NCBI GenBank assembly: GCA_918797485.1 | Contig: CAKKNE010000003.1 | Coordinates: 3,720,001-3,784,000 of the forward strand | Length of the DNA stretch: 64,000 nucleotides | Origin: Pelagomonas calceolata | Lineage: Eukaryota | Reading direction: 5' to 3' | Part shown: positions 32,235 to 43,688 of the stretch, one piece after another | Layout: each line of letters begins with the position of its first letter | Numbering within the stretch: position 1 is the first letter of the stretch | The notes under the pieces: model-generated | What the model saw: the letters and a program-made list of their open reading frames with translations, nothing else | Database searches by the model: none | What the model was told of the DNA's origin: nothing | Position numbers and translations under genes: made by a program

Positions 32235-33521
32235 ATGCGGCGCGCCTCGGCGCCCGCGACGCTCTCCACAAGAACAAAACCGCCCCCGCCGCCGCCGCCG
32301 GCGACCTGGGCCCTGCGCCGCGCGTCGAAAGCCGCCGCGCAACAAACACAAGACGTAGCACAAGCGTTAGTCGTCCGAGAGGTCCTCGCGGAGTGCGTGG
32401 ACGACGTGGCCCAGGCCCACCACGAGAACGAGGTCAACGAGCTCCGAGATCTGGTCGACGACCAGTCGTTACGGCTCGAAGTCATTGCGGGAGAACGCGA
32501 CGCGGCCCTCCGCAAAATAAAACAGCTCGAGGACGACCGCGCGAGCATCCAGCAGGAATGCATCGAAGCCAGGGACGCCTTCTGCGAGGACATTGTGGCC
32601 TGGAAGCGGCAACAAATGCAGGCTGAAGAAGAGCGAGCGCGGCACGATCGAAACGCCGAGGACGCGCGGCGCGTCCCCTCCCTCGAGCGACGTATAGGCG
32701 AGCTGGAGCGGGAGTTACAAAGAGCGTCGCGGCGATTGGAGCTGTTTTCGAACGCCGGGAAACAAAACGGCCACGCTTCGTCGGAGAAGCGGCCACCTTT
32801 GACGATCCTCGAAGATCGCGTCGTGCTGCGGGTTTTTAGCTTCCTGGTCGCGCCGGAAGTGCTCGCGACGGCGCAGAGCGAAAGGCGTTTTTTTGGGCGC
32901 GTAGATCGCCTGTTTTCCCTCAACTCGCAAATTGGTCGAAAACTACGAACGACGGTCTCGCCCCAGAAGAGCGTCGGTCTCAGTTCCCAGATCGCGGCGG
33001 CCATCGCGTCGAAACTGTCTCCCTCCGAAATTAAGGGCATCATCGCGTTGGATAGAAGGTGCAAGGCTCTCGACGTCGAGGTGCGCGGGTTGCAAGCGGA
33101 AGCCGAGGACTCGCGAGCTGCCCTCGAGGGCGCCGAGCGCGTCAAGGAGTTCCTGGCGTCCAAGGTGAGGGATGCGGAAGAATCTTTGGCGGAGGCCTTA
33201 CGGTCGACAGAATCGACGCGCCAGCAGGCCGGCGCCGACGCGGAGGTCATCGCGTTCTTGGATGAACGCGTTCGTTGTCTCGAAAATGAGGTCGCGGAGG
33301 CAACTCGATTGCGGCTCGAATTGGAGAACTCGCTCGGGCGCGACCGGGACGCGGCCGTGGACCAGCTCGCGGCGGCCCAGGACGCCATGCGCGTCGACGC
33401 CGAGCGGCGGGACCGGCAGCAGGCGTCCCAACAAAAGGCGCGGAAGCTCCTCGTGAAGGAAGTCAAGACGCTAAGGAGTCAGTTGGACATGGTGCGGCGG
33501 GCGGCGGCGGCGCGCGTGTAA
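32235..33521 (+). CDS. Coiled-coil protein with central F-box-like motif
   Basis: LEDRVVLRVFSFLVAPEVLATAQSERRF; heptad-rich; C-terminal RKLLVKEVKTLRSQL. Confidence 0.8.
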   Translation: MRRASAPATLSTRTKPPPPPPPATWALRRASKAAAQQTQDVAQALVVREVLAECVDDVAQAHHENEVNELRDLVDDQSLRLEVIAGERDAALRKIKQLEDDRASIQQECIEARDAFCEDIVAWKRQQMQAEEERARHDRNAEDARRVPSLERRIGELERELQRASRRLELFSNAGKQNGHASSEKRPPLTILEDRVVLRVFSFLVAPEVLATAQSERRFFGRVDRLFSLNSQIGRKLRTTVSPQKSVGLSSQIAAAIASKLSPSEIKGIIALDRRCKALDVEVRGLQAEAEDSRAALEGAERVKEFLASKVRDAEESLAEALRSTESTRQQAGADAEVIAFLDERVRCLENEVAEATRLRLELENSLGRDRDAAVDQLAAAQDAMRVDAERRDRQQASQQKARKLLVKEVKTLRSQLDMVRRAAAARV

Positions 33522-33843
33522 CCGCCGCGCGGCCGCGGCGCGTGTAATTGGAATTGTGTTTTTATTGTTGCGTGCGCGAGCGATGGCATGGCCTCGTGCT
33601 CGGCGCCGGATGCGTGCCGGGCGGTCGTCGGCTCACAAAAAAAAAAGAGCACAGCCGCTCTCCCTTTTTTCCACACGCTGTGCGCGCCGACGAGACGCTT
33701 CTAGAGCACGAGGCTTGATCTGTAGTTCCCGACCATCGTCCCTGGCTGGCGCGACGAGAGAGCTCCCGCAAAGGAGCGTGCAATAAAGCTCTCTGAAGAG
33801 CTAAAGATCTGCTCTGCCGATTTATCAGGCGCCGCGAGGCGAG

Positions 33844-34620
33844 ATGATGCGCTCGCTACTCCTCGCCCTCGCCCTCGCGCGCGCCGTTGCGCTCCTCGAC
33901 TCCCCGGGGCTACGCGGCACCACGATCTCGGAGGCCGCCGAGCCCGCCGGCCAGTACTCGGTCCGCAAAAAGGGCCGCGCCTTGGACTTCGGCTACCAGG
34001 ACTTCTTCGTGGGCCCGCTAGATGATCCGTTTAACGACGCCATGAAGGCCAAAGGCTACGTCTGCGACAACACGAAGGACAAGGTCGAGCAGGAGATCGC
34101 GGCCGACGCACGCGCGCCCGTGTAGAAATCGAAATTTCACGGCGCCTTCACGCCATCGACGTGTACCTGACGCATTGGTTTATTTCCACTCAGGTACGCG
34201 CCGGAGCCGGCGGGCGGCCCCGGCACGTTGCAGCCGTTCTGCCCAGATGAGAACTCGACCCGGCCCACCGAGGCCTGCACGGACCCGAGCCTCGCGGTCA
34301 ACGAGACGATGATCCGGACCAAGGGCTGGTGCCCGACGCCGGAGGAGCTCAAGGACATGATGCTCACGGACTGCCCGCCGCTGCCCGGGTGCGAGGGCTA
34401 CCCGGACGATTACTATACGAGCTGCTACGACAAGTGCCTCGCGGTGGGCTACGACGACGCCTACTGCATGGACGCAAACGTCGCTTGCGAGGACACGAAG
34501 AAAAACTGCTTCTCTGCTACGACGAGTGGTGGAAACGCGTGCTCGACGACGGCGACCGCGCAGCAGTGCCTCGACGCCGCCGGGGGTCACGACGCCCAAA
34601 AGGGGCCGTGCAACTACTAA
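33844..34620 (+). CDS. Secreted Cys-rich protein, one intron (acceptor 34193, donor uncertain ~34095-34116)
   Basis: Signal peptide MMRSLLLALALARAVA; second exon YAPEPAGGPGTLQPFC... with many Cys. Confidence 0.65.
34118..34193. mobile_element. Degenerate introner element
   Basis: CCGTGTAGAAATC...ATTTCCACTCAG decayed TIR; internal ACGCCATCGACG motif. Confidence 0.7.
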
Positions 34621-34720
34621 CCGCGCTGGCGCGCGCGCCCGCAACAAGCTCGCGGGGCGCCTCCTTTCCCCTTCCCCCAATTGTCCATTCGACTAACGTG
34701 TATATGGACCGCCGCCGAGA

Positions 34721-36379
34721 TTACTCGAGCGTCGCGAAGACGTCGAACGCGCCCGCCCTTTCCCGCCGCGCGTGCGCCTCGAGGTCGTCGAAGAAGTCCC
34801 TCAATTCCCCGCACGCCAGGAGCATCTGCTCGAGGTCGTTGTCGTCCGCGACCTTGACTCTCACCAGAGATCTCGCTGCTAAAGCTTTGTCGACGAGTTC
34901 CCTGGCGCGTTGTTCGGGAAGCCCGAGCTCCTCGAGCCGCTCGTATTCCGCCCGATTGGACGTATGCGCTTGTTCTAGCGTAGACGTCTCCTCGCCGTAG
35001 GGCAGCAACATCTTCGACAGGGCGCCGCCCCTAATTTTCAACCGCTGGGCCACCGTTTTTACCTCCTCAACATAAGCGACGCCATCCTCCGCCGCTTGTC
35101 TCGTTTTTTCCAGCGCTTGGGCATCGCGCACGTCCGGGCTTCGCAGCAAGTACACGCAGGTGCCCCAGCGGTCCCGCAGGTCCTCCAACGTGCACGGCGG
35201 TCGCTCCGGTCTCGTCGGCGAGGGCGGCGCCGGCGACGGGCGTGGCGAGGGCGGCGCCGGGCTCGGCTGCAGTGGCGTCGCATCATACGTAAGTGGTGAG
35301 GCGGCGCGGCGGTCGCTCTCCTCTCGGCGCGCCGAGCGCGGAGCGTCGTCCTCCTCGGGGTACTCGGCCCAGTCCCGCGCGCCGCCGCCGCCGCCGACGG
35401 GCTGGTCGTCCCAGTCCTTGGCATCCGCGGGCTCGTCGTCAGTCGCGAACGGACGCTCGTCGTCGCTGGCGACCGGTGTCGCTTCGTCCGAGTCCCGCGC
35501 GGACGAGCTCTCGACGGGCCGCACCGGCGCGCGCCCGGCGCCGCCAGCGGGCCGCTCGTCGTCGTCGCTGCCGGTCGCCTCGTCCCAGTCCTGCTTGGCG
35601 CCTTCACTAACAGGCTCGTCGTCCCAGTCGCGCCGCGCCGGCGCGGGCCGCATCTCGAGGCTGCCCGTCGAGTCCGAGTCCGAGTCCGGCGTCGCCGCGC
35701 GCGGCGGCGGCCCGGTCTCGCCCTCGGGGTATTCCGTCCAGACCTGGCCGCCTCCACTATGGCCGACGGGCATCTCGTCCCACTCGCGCTGGCTGACGAC
35801 GGGCCGCCGCGCCGCGGGCGCCCGCTTGCGCTCGGCTTGTTGCGGCGGCGGCCTTTGAGCGCCGCCGACGGGCGTGTCGTCCCACTCGCGCGCCGTCGGC
35901 ACCTTCGTCGGGCTGGCGCGCGGCCGCGGCGCCCGGGCCGGCTTCGAAGCGGACCGCCAGCTTCCTCCGTCATAAGCCGCCGGCTCGGCGTCGTCGTCGT
36001 CGATGCGCTGGGGCGTGCGACCCTTGCCGCCGACGGGCACGTCGTCCCAGTTTTCCGGCGGCGCTTCATTTGGAGGCGGCGGGCTGAACGCTTCGTCCGG
36101 TGGTGGTGGAGACGTCATGGCATGGGGCTGGGGCTGCCGGCGGCGGCGGCCCGTGCCGCGGAGCCGCGCGAGCTTCGCGAGGCGGCGCTCCTCGTTGTAC
36201 GACGCAGCCTCGCGTCCCGAGGCCGTGGCAGACATCTCAAATTCCGGGAGAAGGCGTTCGTGGCGCTCGCGTGGCTGCCCAAGGCGACCGTGCAGGCGGC
36301 GCTCGCGTCGGGCTTTCACGAGCTCCGACCGGTGCTGTGCCACTCCAAATCGAGTTAAATCGAAGCCCGCGCGTCCCAT
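34721..36379 (-). CDS. Largely disordered protein with WDDxPVG repeats and a helical C-terminal domain (start uncertain)
   Basis: Long ORF with repeats ENWDDVPVGG, REWDDTPVGG, REWDEMPVGH, RDWDDEPVS, KDWDDQPVGG. Confidence 0.75.
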   Translation of the reverse strand: MGRAGFDLTRFGVAQHRSELVKARRERRLHGRLGQPRERHERLLPEFEMSATASGREAASYNEERRLAKLARLRGTGRRRRQPQPHAMTSPPPPDEAFSPPPPNEAPPENWDDVPVGGKGRTPQRIDDDDAEPAAYDGGSWRSASKPARAPRPRASPTKVPTAREWDDTPVGGAQRPPPQQAERKRAPAARRPVVSQREWDEMPVGHSGGGQVWTEYPEGETGPPPRAATPDSDSDSTGSLEMRPAPARRDWDDEPVSEGAKQDWDEATGSDDDERPAGGAGRAPVRPVESSSARDSDEATPVASDDERPFATDDEPADAKDWDDQPVGGGGGARDWAEYPEEDDAPRSARREESDRRAASPLTYDATPLQPSPAPPSPRPSPAPPSPTRPERPPCTLEDLRDRWGTCVYLLRSPDVRDAQALEKTRQAAEDGVAYVEEVKTVAQRLKIRGGALSKMLLPYGEETSTLEQAHTSNRAEYERLEELGLPEQRARELVDKALAARSLVRVKVADDNDLEQMLLACGELRDFFDDLEAHARRERAGAFDVFATLE

Positions 36380-36450
36380 CGTCCAGCCAGGAGCTGCCGG
36401 ACGCCCTCCCTTCCGTGGTAACGGTGCCGTACGTTTCATCGAGGGCTGTG

Positions 36451-36472
36451 CTAGCGCATGTAGGGACACTAG
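36451..36472 (+). promoter_or_regulatory. CTAG-N14-CTAG promoter-associated element
   Basis: CTAGCGCATGTAGGGACACTAG, between divergent genes, 58 bp before the 36530 ATG. Confidence 0.6.
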
Positions 36473-36529
36473 CACACTCCCCCATGCCAACTCACCTCAA
36501 AAGAAAGCTCTATAGCACTGCCAAAAACG

Positions 36530-37266
36530 ATGGTCCGCATCGCTGCCACACTCATGCTCGCCGCTTCGACCAAAGCGCTCACGCGCGGCGCGTTTAACCG
36601 CCTGACGCCCACCGCTCTCCTGGGTAGCTTGCTAGGTGCCAATGGAGATAAATATGCGGGCGCCGTCATGGGCACCGAGGACATCATGAAGCCGAAAGCG
36701 CACGGCACGAGTCCGGCGCTCGAAGAAAAGGCGCCTTCCTCCGGCGGGCGCGGCGATGGCGTCCATCCAGAGGCGCGCCACTCGACGCCGTCACGCGACG
36801 CCGTCGCCGCGACTCCGTCGCCACATAACCCGCGCACCACGCAGGCACGTCCGCGACGCCCGTCCAGAAGGACCTAAGGTGGAACTGCGACGTGCAAACG
36901 GCTGATCGTATTTGCAATTTCAACCGGCACTACGCGGAGTTCGCGGGCTACTGGGAGCAGACGTCCTTCCTCAAGGAGGAGTCCGAGGCGTCGGGCGAGA
37001 TTTCGTTTTACGACTCGAACACGGGCAACGAGCTCTTCACCGCTCCGAAAGGTAGAAGCTTCGAGCAGTTCGTCAAGGAGTCGAGGGTGCACGGCTGGCC
37101 GTCGTTCCGGGACGACGAGGTCAACTGGGATTACGTCAGAGTATTACCGGACGGCGAGGCCGTCTCCGTCGACGGGACGCATCTCGGCCACAACCTGCCG
37201 GACAAGAACGGCAACCGGTACTGCATCAACCTGGTGTCGGTCGCGGGCCGGCCGAAGAAGGCGTAA
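36530..37266 (+). CDS. msrB: Methionine sulfoxide reductase B-like (SelR domain) protein with signal peptide, 2 exons
   Basis: Exons 36530-36704, 36845-37266 (GC-AG intron); HGWPSFRD, GTHLGHNLPD..GNRYCIN. Confidence 0.9.
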
Positions 37267-37405
37267 GTAGTAGCCTTAGTCTACTTGTGCTGGGACGCGT
37301 CGGGCGCCTCGCACGCGGCGAGCGTCGCGATGGCGTGCGCCGCGGCCGCGAACTTCCAGCTGCCGAGGTCGCCGATCGACTTCACGCTGAGGGCCGCCCA
37401 GAGGC

Positions 37406-37789
37406 TCAGATGCCGATGAACGACGACCACGCGCGCTTCATGGACTTGGGGTTCGAGCCACGCCGCTCGCCGCCCGCCCCGAAGCGCACCTTTGAATCCC
37501 GGCGCCGGCCCGGCCGGTCCGCGAGGTCGCCCTCGGACGTGGAGACGGACGAGACGCCCCCCACCAAACGGGAGCCGGGGGGCGGCGGGGCCGGCGCTTT
37601 GGTCACGGTAGTGGTCTCCCCCGTTATCGCGTTGTAATACCTCTCCGTCCGCGGGCTCCTCCGCTCCTTCCGTGCGGCGTCGCCGGGGATCTCGCTCACG
37701 AGCGGTCCATGCGGACCATGCCCCTCCCTCTCGCCGGCCTCCGCGTCCGGCCCCTGGTTGGACGACGCGGCCGACGAAGCACAGCCCAT
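37406..37789 (-). CDS. Small protein with N-myristoylation/palmitoylation motif
   Basis: MGCASSAASS N-terminus; 127 aa. Confidence 0.65.
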   Translation of the reverse strand: MGCASSAASSNQGPDAEAGEREGHGPHGPLVSEIPGDAARKERRSPRTERYYNAITGETTTVTKAPAPPPPGSRLVGGVSSVSTSEGDLADRPGRRRDSKVRFGAGGERRGSNPKSMKRAWSSFIGI

Positions 37790-38139
37790 CTGTTGATTCT
37801 ATACCTCGTGTATCGAAATCAGGCGGCGCCGCAGAGAGAGTATTTAAGCGGTCACGAACGCTAGACTAACTCGTGCGCCGGCGAAGCTGCGTACACGGAG
37901 AAACGCTCAAAAGCGCCGCATCGTCGTCCAACTCGGCTGGCCCCAAATTTGGAGGACAAACCTGTTTTGTTTTGCGGTGCGCGCGAGCGCGCGAGCCTCA
38001 TTCTTACGCTTCGCGCGCAGGGTCTGGTCTCCTTTCAACTCCTTATATCCATTCTGGCTTTGCGCCGGCCGAACGCCGCCTAGTCTAGCTCAAAACTCGA
38101 CTTGCCACCAACAACAGTTTTACCCTCACGCGGCCCGTG

Positions 38140-39138
38140 ATGTACGCGTTCGACCGCCCGGGCGTCGCGCCGCGCAAAGCAAAACTCCAGCACGCCGCGA
38201 TCATCTCGAAAGGCCCGGCTACCGTAAGAGAAGGCCCGCGCTTCGAGTCGCGCCGCGTCGGCGCCCTGCTGCGCGGCGTCCGCGTGGTCCTCGCGCCGGA
38301 GCGCCGCGTGGCGATCAAGCACGACACGGGCGAGCGCGTGACGCGCCGGCGCGTCCTCAAGCCCGTCGCCGGCTGGATTTCTCAGAAGTGCGTCGGCTCG
38401 TTGCGGTATGCCGCGCCCGTCGCGACGAGGGCCCAGCTGAGGGCCGCCGAGGCGCGCGGCCGCGACCGGGCCCGCAGCGACGACTACGACCCGCGCGGCC
38501 GGCCGACGGTCTACGGCGGCGCGTCAAATCTCGACCTCGTGCCTGAAGCGGATCTCGACGCGACGGCCGGGCTCCCGCTCGCCGCGCTCGAGGGGGTCCC
38601 CGACGGCGACGCGACGGGCTCGTGCGACTCCTGCCGCAGCCGCGCTTCTTCAGTGGACGCGACGCCGGCGACGCCGGACCGCTACGAATCAGCCACGCCA
38701 GTGACGGACCGCTGTATCATCGGAGACAGCTTCCTCACCGAGGCCCCGGCGACTCCGGAACAGGAGCAGGCCTACGTCGACGAATTTCTCGTGCGCGACC
38801 CGACGACCGCGCTCACGGCCCGGCAGGCCTCCGCGACGAAGCTCGACGCGCTGTGTCGGAAGGCTCGGATCCTCCGCGCGGCGTCGTCGGGCTCCTACGG
38901 CGACGCGCTGGCCGCGCGCCTCGCGGCGGCCGGCGCAAGGGCGGCCCAGGCGCGCCGCCGCGGCCGCCCCGCGGTCACGCCCGAGCGCCTCCGGGAGATG
39001 ATGCGCATCGTGAACGAACAGCGCCGCGCCGCGGCCCTCCAGCGGTCGCCGTCGCCGCGCAAGACGCCCCACAAGTTCCGGGGCAGCACGATCTACCCGC
39101 CCCCACAGGTCCCCGTGCCCACGTCGCCGGGCTTCTAG
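38140..39138 (+). CDS. Hypothetical protein
   Basis: 332-aa ORF with high GC3; SH3-like N-terminal segment (VREGP...GWIS). Confidence 0.7.
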   Translation: MYAFDRPGVAPRKAKLQHAAIISKGPATVREGPRFESRRVGALLRGVRVVLAPERRVAIKHDTGERVTRRRVLKPVAGWISQKCVGSLRYAAPVATRAQLRAAEARGRDRARSDDYDPRGRPTVYGGASNLDLVPEADLDATAGLPLAALEGVPDGDATGSCDSCRSRASSVDATPATPDRYESATPVTDRCIIGDSFLTEAPATPEQEQAYVDEFLVRDPTTALTARQASATKLDALCRKARILRAASSGSYGDALAARLAAAGARAAQARRRGRPAVTPERLREMMRIVNEQRRAAALQRSPSPRKTPHKFRGSTIYPPPQVPVPTSPGF

Positions 39139-39151
39139 AGGTCCTAACGTC

Positions 39152-40450
39152 TTACTCGTAGACGCCCGCCAGCTCCAGGTCGGCAAGCACCTTTTCGCGC
39201 TGCGCAGCGGTCCGCGTCCACTTCTCGGGGGGCGCCATCTCGGCGTGCGCCCCCGTCTGCTCGAAGGGCGTCATCTCGATCCTATCGGGCGCGGTCCGCG
39301 GTATTGCGGGAGCGGCCGTCCTTAGATAAGACGACTCGTGCAACATCGCAGCCTTGGACGGCCGCCGCGGCTTCTCGCCGTACAGAATCACGTTCGGGAA
39401 CAATGACAAGTGCCTACCCTCTTTTTTGATCCTTGGTAGTTTTTGCGCGTTTCGCGACTCGAGGCGGTTGTACAGGGCCTCGCGGGGCGTCACGACCCGC
39501 ACCTCATCCCCGACGTCGTCGTGAGCGAAGGGCAGCGTATGGTCGGGCTTCGCTGTTAATCTTCCAGTAGCCTTCGAGAGCAACACGGGACACGGCCGCT
39601 GCCACGTCTTATCTAATCCTAGTCGAAGCGCCACCTCGTCGTCGCCCTCTCGTAAAACATCATCATCATACGCGGCGCCCCGCTCCAGCAACGCATGCAG
39701 CTCGTCCATGTCGATGTCGCCGGAGCCATCTTGGTCGACCGCGTTCACGAGCCGGTCCAACCCTTCATCGTCCAAATCAAACTTCGTGATCCGCAATCGA
39801 CCGCGCACAATATCTTTAAATTCCCCGCACTCCAAACTACCATCTCCGTTCCGGTCCAGGTGGTGGTAGATCGCCTCGCGGAGCGTTTCCTCGGGGAAGA
39901 CCGGTATGCTCATCCCGACGTCGTGCATGTGCTCAAAAATATACTCCTGCACCGTCAAATCTTTGAGTCTTTTGACGATTAACTTCAGCGTCTTGAGCGG
40001 GATGCACTCGCTGTCGAAGTTGTCGACAGCGGCCTGCCGGCGCCGCTCCTCTTCGGCTAATTGAGCTAAACGGATCCGCTCCAGCTCCTCCAGCCTTTCC
40101 CGTTCCGCTCTAGCTTCCCTTTCGGCCCTGGTCTCGAAGCCCGCATAGTGTAGCAATTCATCGACACAGGGATTGTGCGATATCCGCTCCCAGACCGCCG
40201 CCGTGCCTTCGTCGTCCATCTGGTCCTGGGCGATGCGTAACTGCAACCGTACGCCTCGCCGCAAATCCTTCCAGGTGATGACCTCGTCCTCGGACGCTAT
40301 CCGCCCAAACAACTCCTCCGGTCGTAGATGCTCGGGTATCGACGCGCGTAGCGCTTTTTTGTTCGCCTTGTGCGGGCTCGGCTTCTGGTCCGTCTCCACC
40401 GTCTCCGTGGCGACGGAGCCGCCGGTGGCGAAGTGGCCCGTGCGGGGCAT
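39152..40450 (-). CDS. EF-hand calcium-binding protein
   Basis: DRNGDGSLECGEF and DQDGSGDIDMDEL loops; start may be further upstream. Confidence 0.85.
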   Translation of the reverse strand: MPRTGHFATGGSVATETVETDQKPSPHKANKKALRASIPEHLRPEELFGRIASEDEVITWKDLRRGVRLQLRIAQDQMDDEGTAAVWERISHNPCVDELLHYAGFETRAEREARAERERLEELERIRLAQLAEEERRRQAAVDNFDSECIPLKTLKLIVKRLKDLTVQEYIFEHMHDVGMSIPVFPEETLREAIYHHLDRNGDGSLECGEFKDIVRGRLRITKFDLDDEGLDRLVNAVDQDGSGDIDMDELHALLERGAAYDDDVLREGDDEVALRLGLDKTWQRPCPVLLSKATGRLTAKPDHTLPFAHDDVGDEVRVVTPREALYNRLESRNAQKLPRIKKEGRHLSLFPNVILYGEKPRRPSKAAMLHESSYLRTAAPAIPRTAPDRIEMTPFEQTGAHAEMAPPEKWTRTAAQREKVLADLELAGVYE

Positions 40451-41027
40451 TTTTGTCGCTGCGGCGGCGGCGGCGCGGGGGCAGCCCTTTTTGGCTGTAT
40501 GGGAGCGAGGTGCAGCTCTCGGCGGCCGCGCGCGGAACAGCCTGAGTGGAGGTTGTCCGCCGGTGCGTGTCGCGACTGCTGCGTCGGCGGACGACGCTTC
40601 GCTGCCTTTGTTTGGCTGTAGGGAGAGCAAAATGGCGCTAGCTCGGCGGCCAAGGTCCCGCACTCGCAGGCCGCCGCGGGAGCCCGTGACCGACCGGTGC
40701 GGGGAGCTCCTCCGCCTTGCAACCCGTCGCGGAGACCAGTCCGGAAACGCGAGGCTAGCTCCAAGAGGTACTAGCTCCTAACTCGGCAAAGCCGGGCGCA
40801 AAAGCGACCCCGCATTGCGGTGCGTTACGCGTGCCGCGAGAGCCAGGAGTAGCTGACAACGCGCTCCAGCGGTTGCGCACGCCGAGATCCAGCCGTGCGC
40901 CATTTTGGTACGCTGCTCTCACAAGGTCAAATCAGCTGCCGCAGCCAATCGCTGCCGCGGCGCCGCACGAGTCGCCACACGAGTTGCGCGAACCGACCGC
41001 AACCACCCCGCGACCAAAATAAACAAG

Positions 41028-43688
41028 ATGGAAGGCTCCTCGTCCATGGACAGCTCGCACCTCACGTCGCCCGCGCCATTAAGACGCCGAGTGCCCTCGA
41101 TAGGAAGCGTCTCTCCACTAAATTGGCTACGAGGCTCGACGCCCCAGCCGGACAATGAACCCTTGTCCGCCCGGTCGCACGACGAGGTGCTGTGCACCAC
41201 ACCAACAGGACCGAAGCTCCGACAACTCCCGACCAATGAAGATCCCGAGGTCCTCTGCTTCGGCGACGAACTGCGGCTGTGGGCCGTCTCCGAGTACGCC
41301 GTCGCGGCGCAGACGCAGCGGCCGCCGCGGCCTCAGAGGAGAAGGTCGACCTCTGATCTCTCGTCGAAGATGACGAGTGCGGACGTCGGCGGGTATGTGG
41401 GCACGTTCTTCAAAGATAGGAAACGACGCGCACGGACGGGCCGGCAGCCGTTGGCTTGTGTCCCGCCCATCGGGGAGGACGCGGGCGGCGGCTTCGTCGA
41501 GAGCGCGTTCCGATGCGTCGATCCTCGCGGTTTAAAAAGAGACGGCCAGCCCGTGCGCATTGGCGACGCTTTGATCTTACAAGATAGAGAAGGCCACGTC
41601 TGGAACTCGACCGTGTCTGGCGTGGTGGGTTACTTGGCGCCTCGGTTACGGGGCGAGCGGGGCGAGACCCGTATCAGGTTCGCTGATGACGTTCAGACGC
41701 CTAGATCGTTTGGAGAGAAGCCCGACGGTGGCCGAGCGGTCAGATATGGCGACGCGCTCCACTTAGTGACGTGTCCCGTGTCTGGGAACGACCCGACGCA
41801 TACGGGGAGAGGTCTGAGGAAACCACATGTGTTGACCTGCTTCAAGAAGGAGACGTCCTCGCTGTTGGGAGGCTATCTCACGATCGACCCGAGAGGCTAC
41901 GCGCTGCAGTTTGTCGTGGAGCGGCCGCCCCCTGAATTAGATGTGGTGATAGTGGGAGGGGAAAAACACCATAGAGTAGCGTGGGGGCAAAGTGTCCCCT
42001 TCTCGACGGCGTCTCATGTGTCTCTCAGATTGTCGGGCGGTGGTTCGGCGTCGTGTTCGTTAGCTGGGTTAAATGCCGGCGATCGCAAGTGGCTCGCCTG
42101 TTCCACGAGAGGTCACGTGCTGCTCGAGGTGCGGTCCAGTCATGCCGAGGAGGACGACGACGAGGAGGAGATTGATGTGGCGGCACCACATAACCCGTAC
42201 GAGCTCGGGCTCGTGTGGTTACTTGCCCAGGCCGTCTCCAGATTATTCTTCGCGCCACAACTAGCGGCTATCATCGCCGCCTCGACGTCTTCAGCGTTGG
42301 CGGCGGCGCGCCACGACGCGTCGCTGGCGCGGCCGGCGGCCTTAGTAGCCTTCGCGTCGGCGTCGCTGGCGGCGCTGTCCGTCCAGCTTTGTGGCGATAT
42401 GATCGCGACGGCGCTCGCCGCCTCGATACTGCTCGGCGCGGCGGCGACGTCGCCGCGGGATGAGCCGGCGCGGCCGCGGTTACTCCGGGCCCTGAGCCGC
42501 GTGCGGACGGCGTCGGGCGAGCTCGCGCTCTTGCAGTGGAGTCCTGAAGATGATGATACCCTCATCGCGGCGCGGTCCGTCGACACGTCGGAGACGCCAG
42601 TGCTGCGCGACGTGCCGTCTCCAGACGAGCTGGCCGCCGCCACCGAGCTGCGCGAGGAGCTGGGCGAGCAGCCGGCGCGCTGGCTTGAGACAGGCGAACT
42701 GCTGCGCTTCGTCAGAGCTCGCAAGACTCTCAAGGAGCGCGCTACGTTGTTCCGCGAGGCCATGGCGTGGCGCCGGGACCACGGCGACTGGATCGTGGAC
42801 GAGGCTTCGTTCGGAGGCGCGGAACAGAGGTGGTGCGATGACCCGTCGCAAGCGCCGGCCTGGCACCGTTGGATGGGCACGGTGTTGCCGTTTGAGTTAT
42901 TTGGGACTTGTCGGTCTGGAGTGCCCATCACGTTCGTCGGACTAGGGAGGATGGACCTGACCGGTATTCAAAGGGAGATCGGCCTCGATCGCCTCGAACA
43001 AAAAATGGTTATGCAAAATGATGCCTTTATTGATCTCGCGCGGCGCGAGGGGCTGCGACGGTCGTCCCCGGAAGAGTGTGTCGTGGCCCACGGGGGCGTT
43101 TTCGTAATTGATTGTGATGGCTTCGGGCGGAGGCACCTCGGCGAGGTGCGCATCTTCAAGCGCTGTGCGGCGGCTCTCAAGGTGCTGCACCCGGAGCGGC
43201 AGCGCAAGACGTTCGTTGCTGTGCATAATCAAAATTTCGCGGCACGATCGTCCTGAATCGTTGCGTCAACCTCCACGCCATCGACGCGACGCCTGCTCGA
43301 TGGCGTGGCGATGCCGGTTCCTCACCGCTCGACGGAGCCAGCGCGGCCACGTCATCGCCGAGAAATGACTTAGTGAAGAATTGTCGGGTGCACCCGACAC
43401 ATTGGTTGATTTCCACACAGGTTCATCGTGAGGGCTCCTCGCGTTTTTGCCGTGTTCTGGAAAATTGTGCGCGTGTTCCTCGACGAGCGCATCATCTCCA
43501 AGATCTCTATATTGGGTGTGAACGATGATCTGACACCGTTGGTGGACGAGGTAGGTGCTGATTATTTACCGTCGCTCTTCGGCGGAGGCTACGACCTCAA
43601 GTGCTCCTCGCTGCTGACGGATCCTAGATTGATTGATGAGGGGGCGTTCCGGCGGTTCGAGGCAGGCGGCGCGGGCGGCGAGACATAG
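41028..43688 (+). CDS. Membrane protein with C-terminal CRAL-TRIO (Sec14) domain, 2 exons
   Basis: Exons 41028-43210, 43421-43688 (2451 nt); LLRFVRARK, VIDCDG, HPERQRKTFIVRAPRVFAVFWKIV..FLD..KI, LPSLFGG. Confidence 0.87.
43219..43420. mobile_element. Introner element with 8-bp TSD
   Basis: CTGTGCATAATCAA...TTGATTTCCACACAG; flanks GTTCGTTG/GTTCATCG; GT-AG intron 43211-43420. Confidence 0.88.

Noticed and set aside
32090..33466. Long antisense or alternate-frame ORFs (also 4340-5443, 25543-26748, 53074-54096 and others)
   Set aside because: Shadow ORFs expected at high GC; Arg/Ala/Ser-rich with no motifs and overlapping better-supported genes
33630..33675. A-tract and T-tract (AAAAAAAAAAAGAG...CTCTCCCTTTTTT) as a terminator or retro-element tail
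   Set aside because: Eukaryotic intergenic low-complexity sequence; no TSD or associated element
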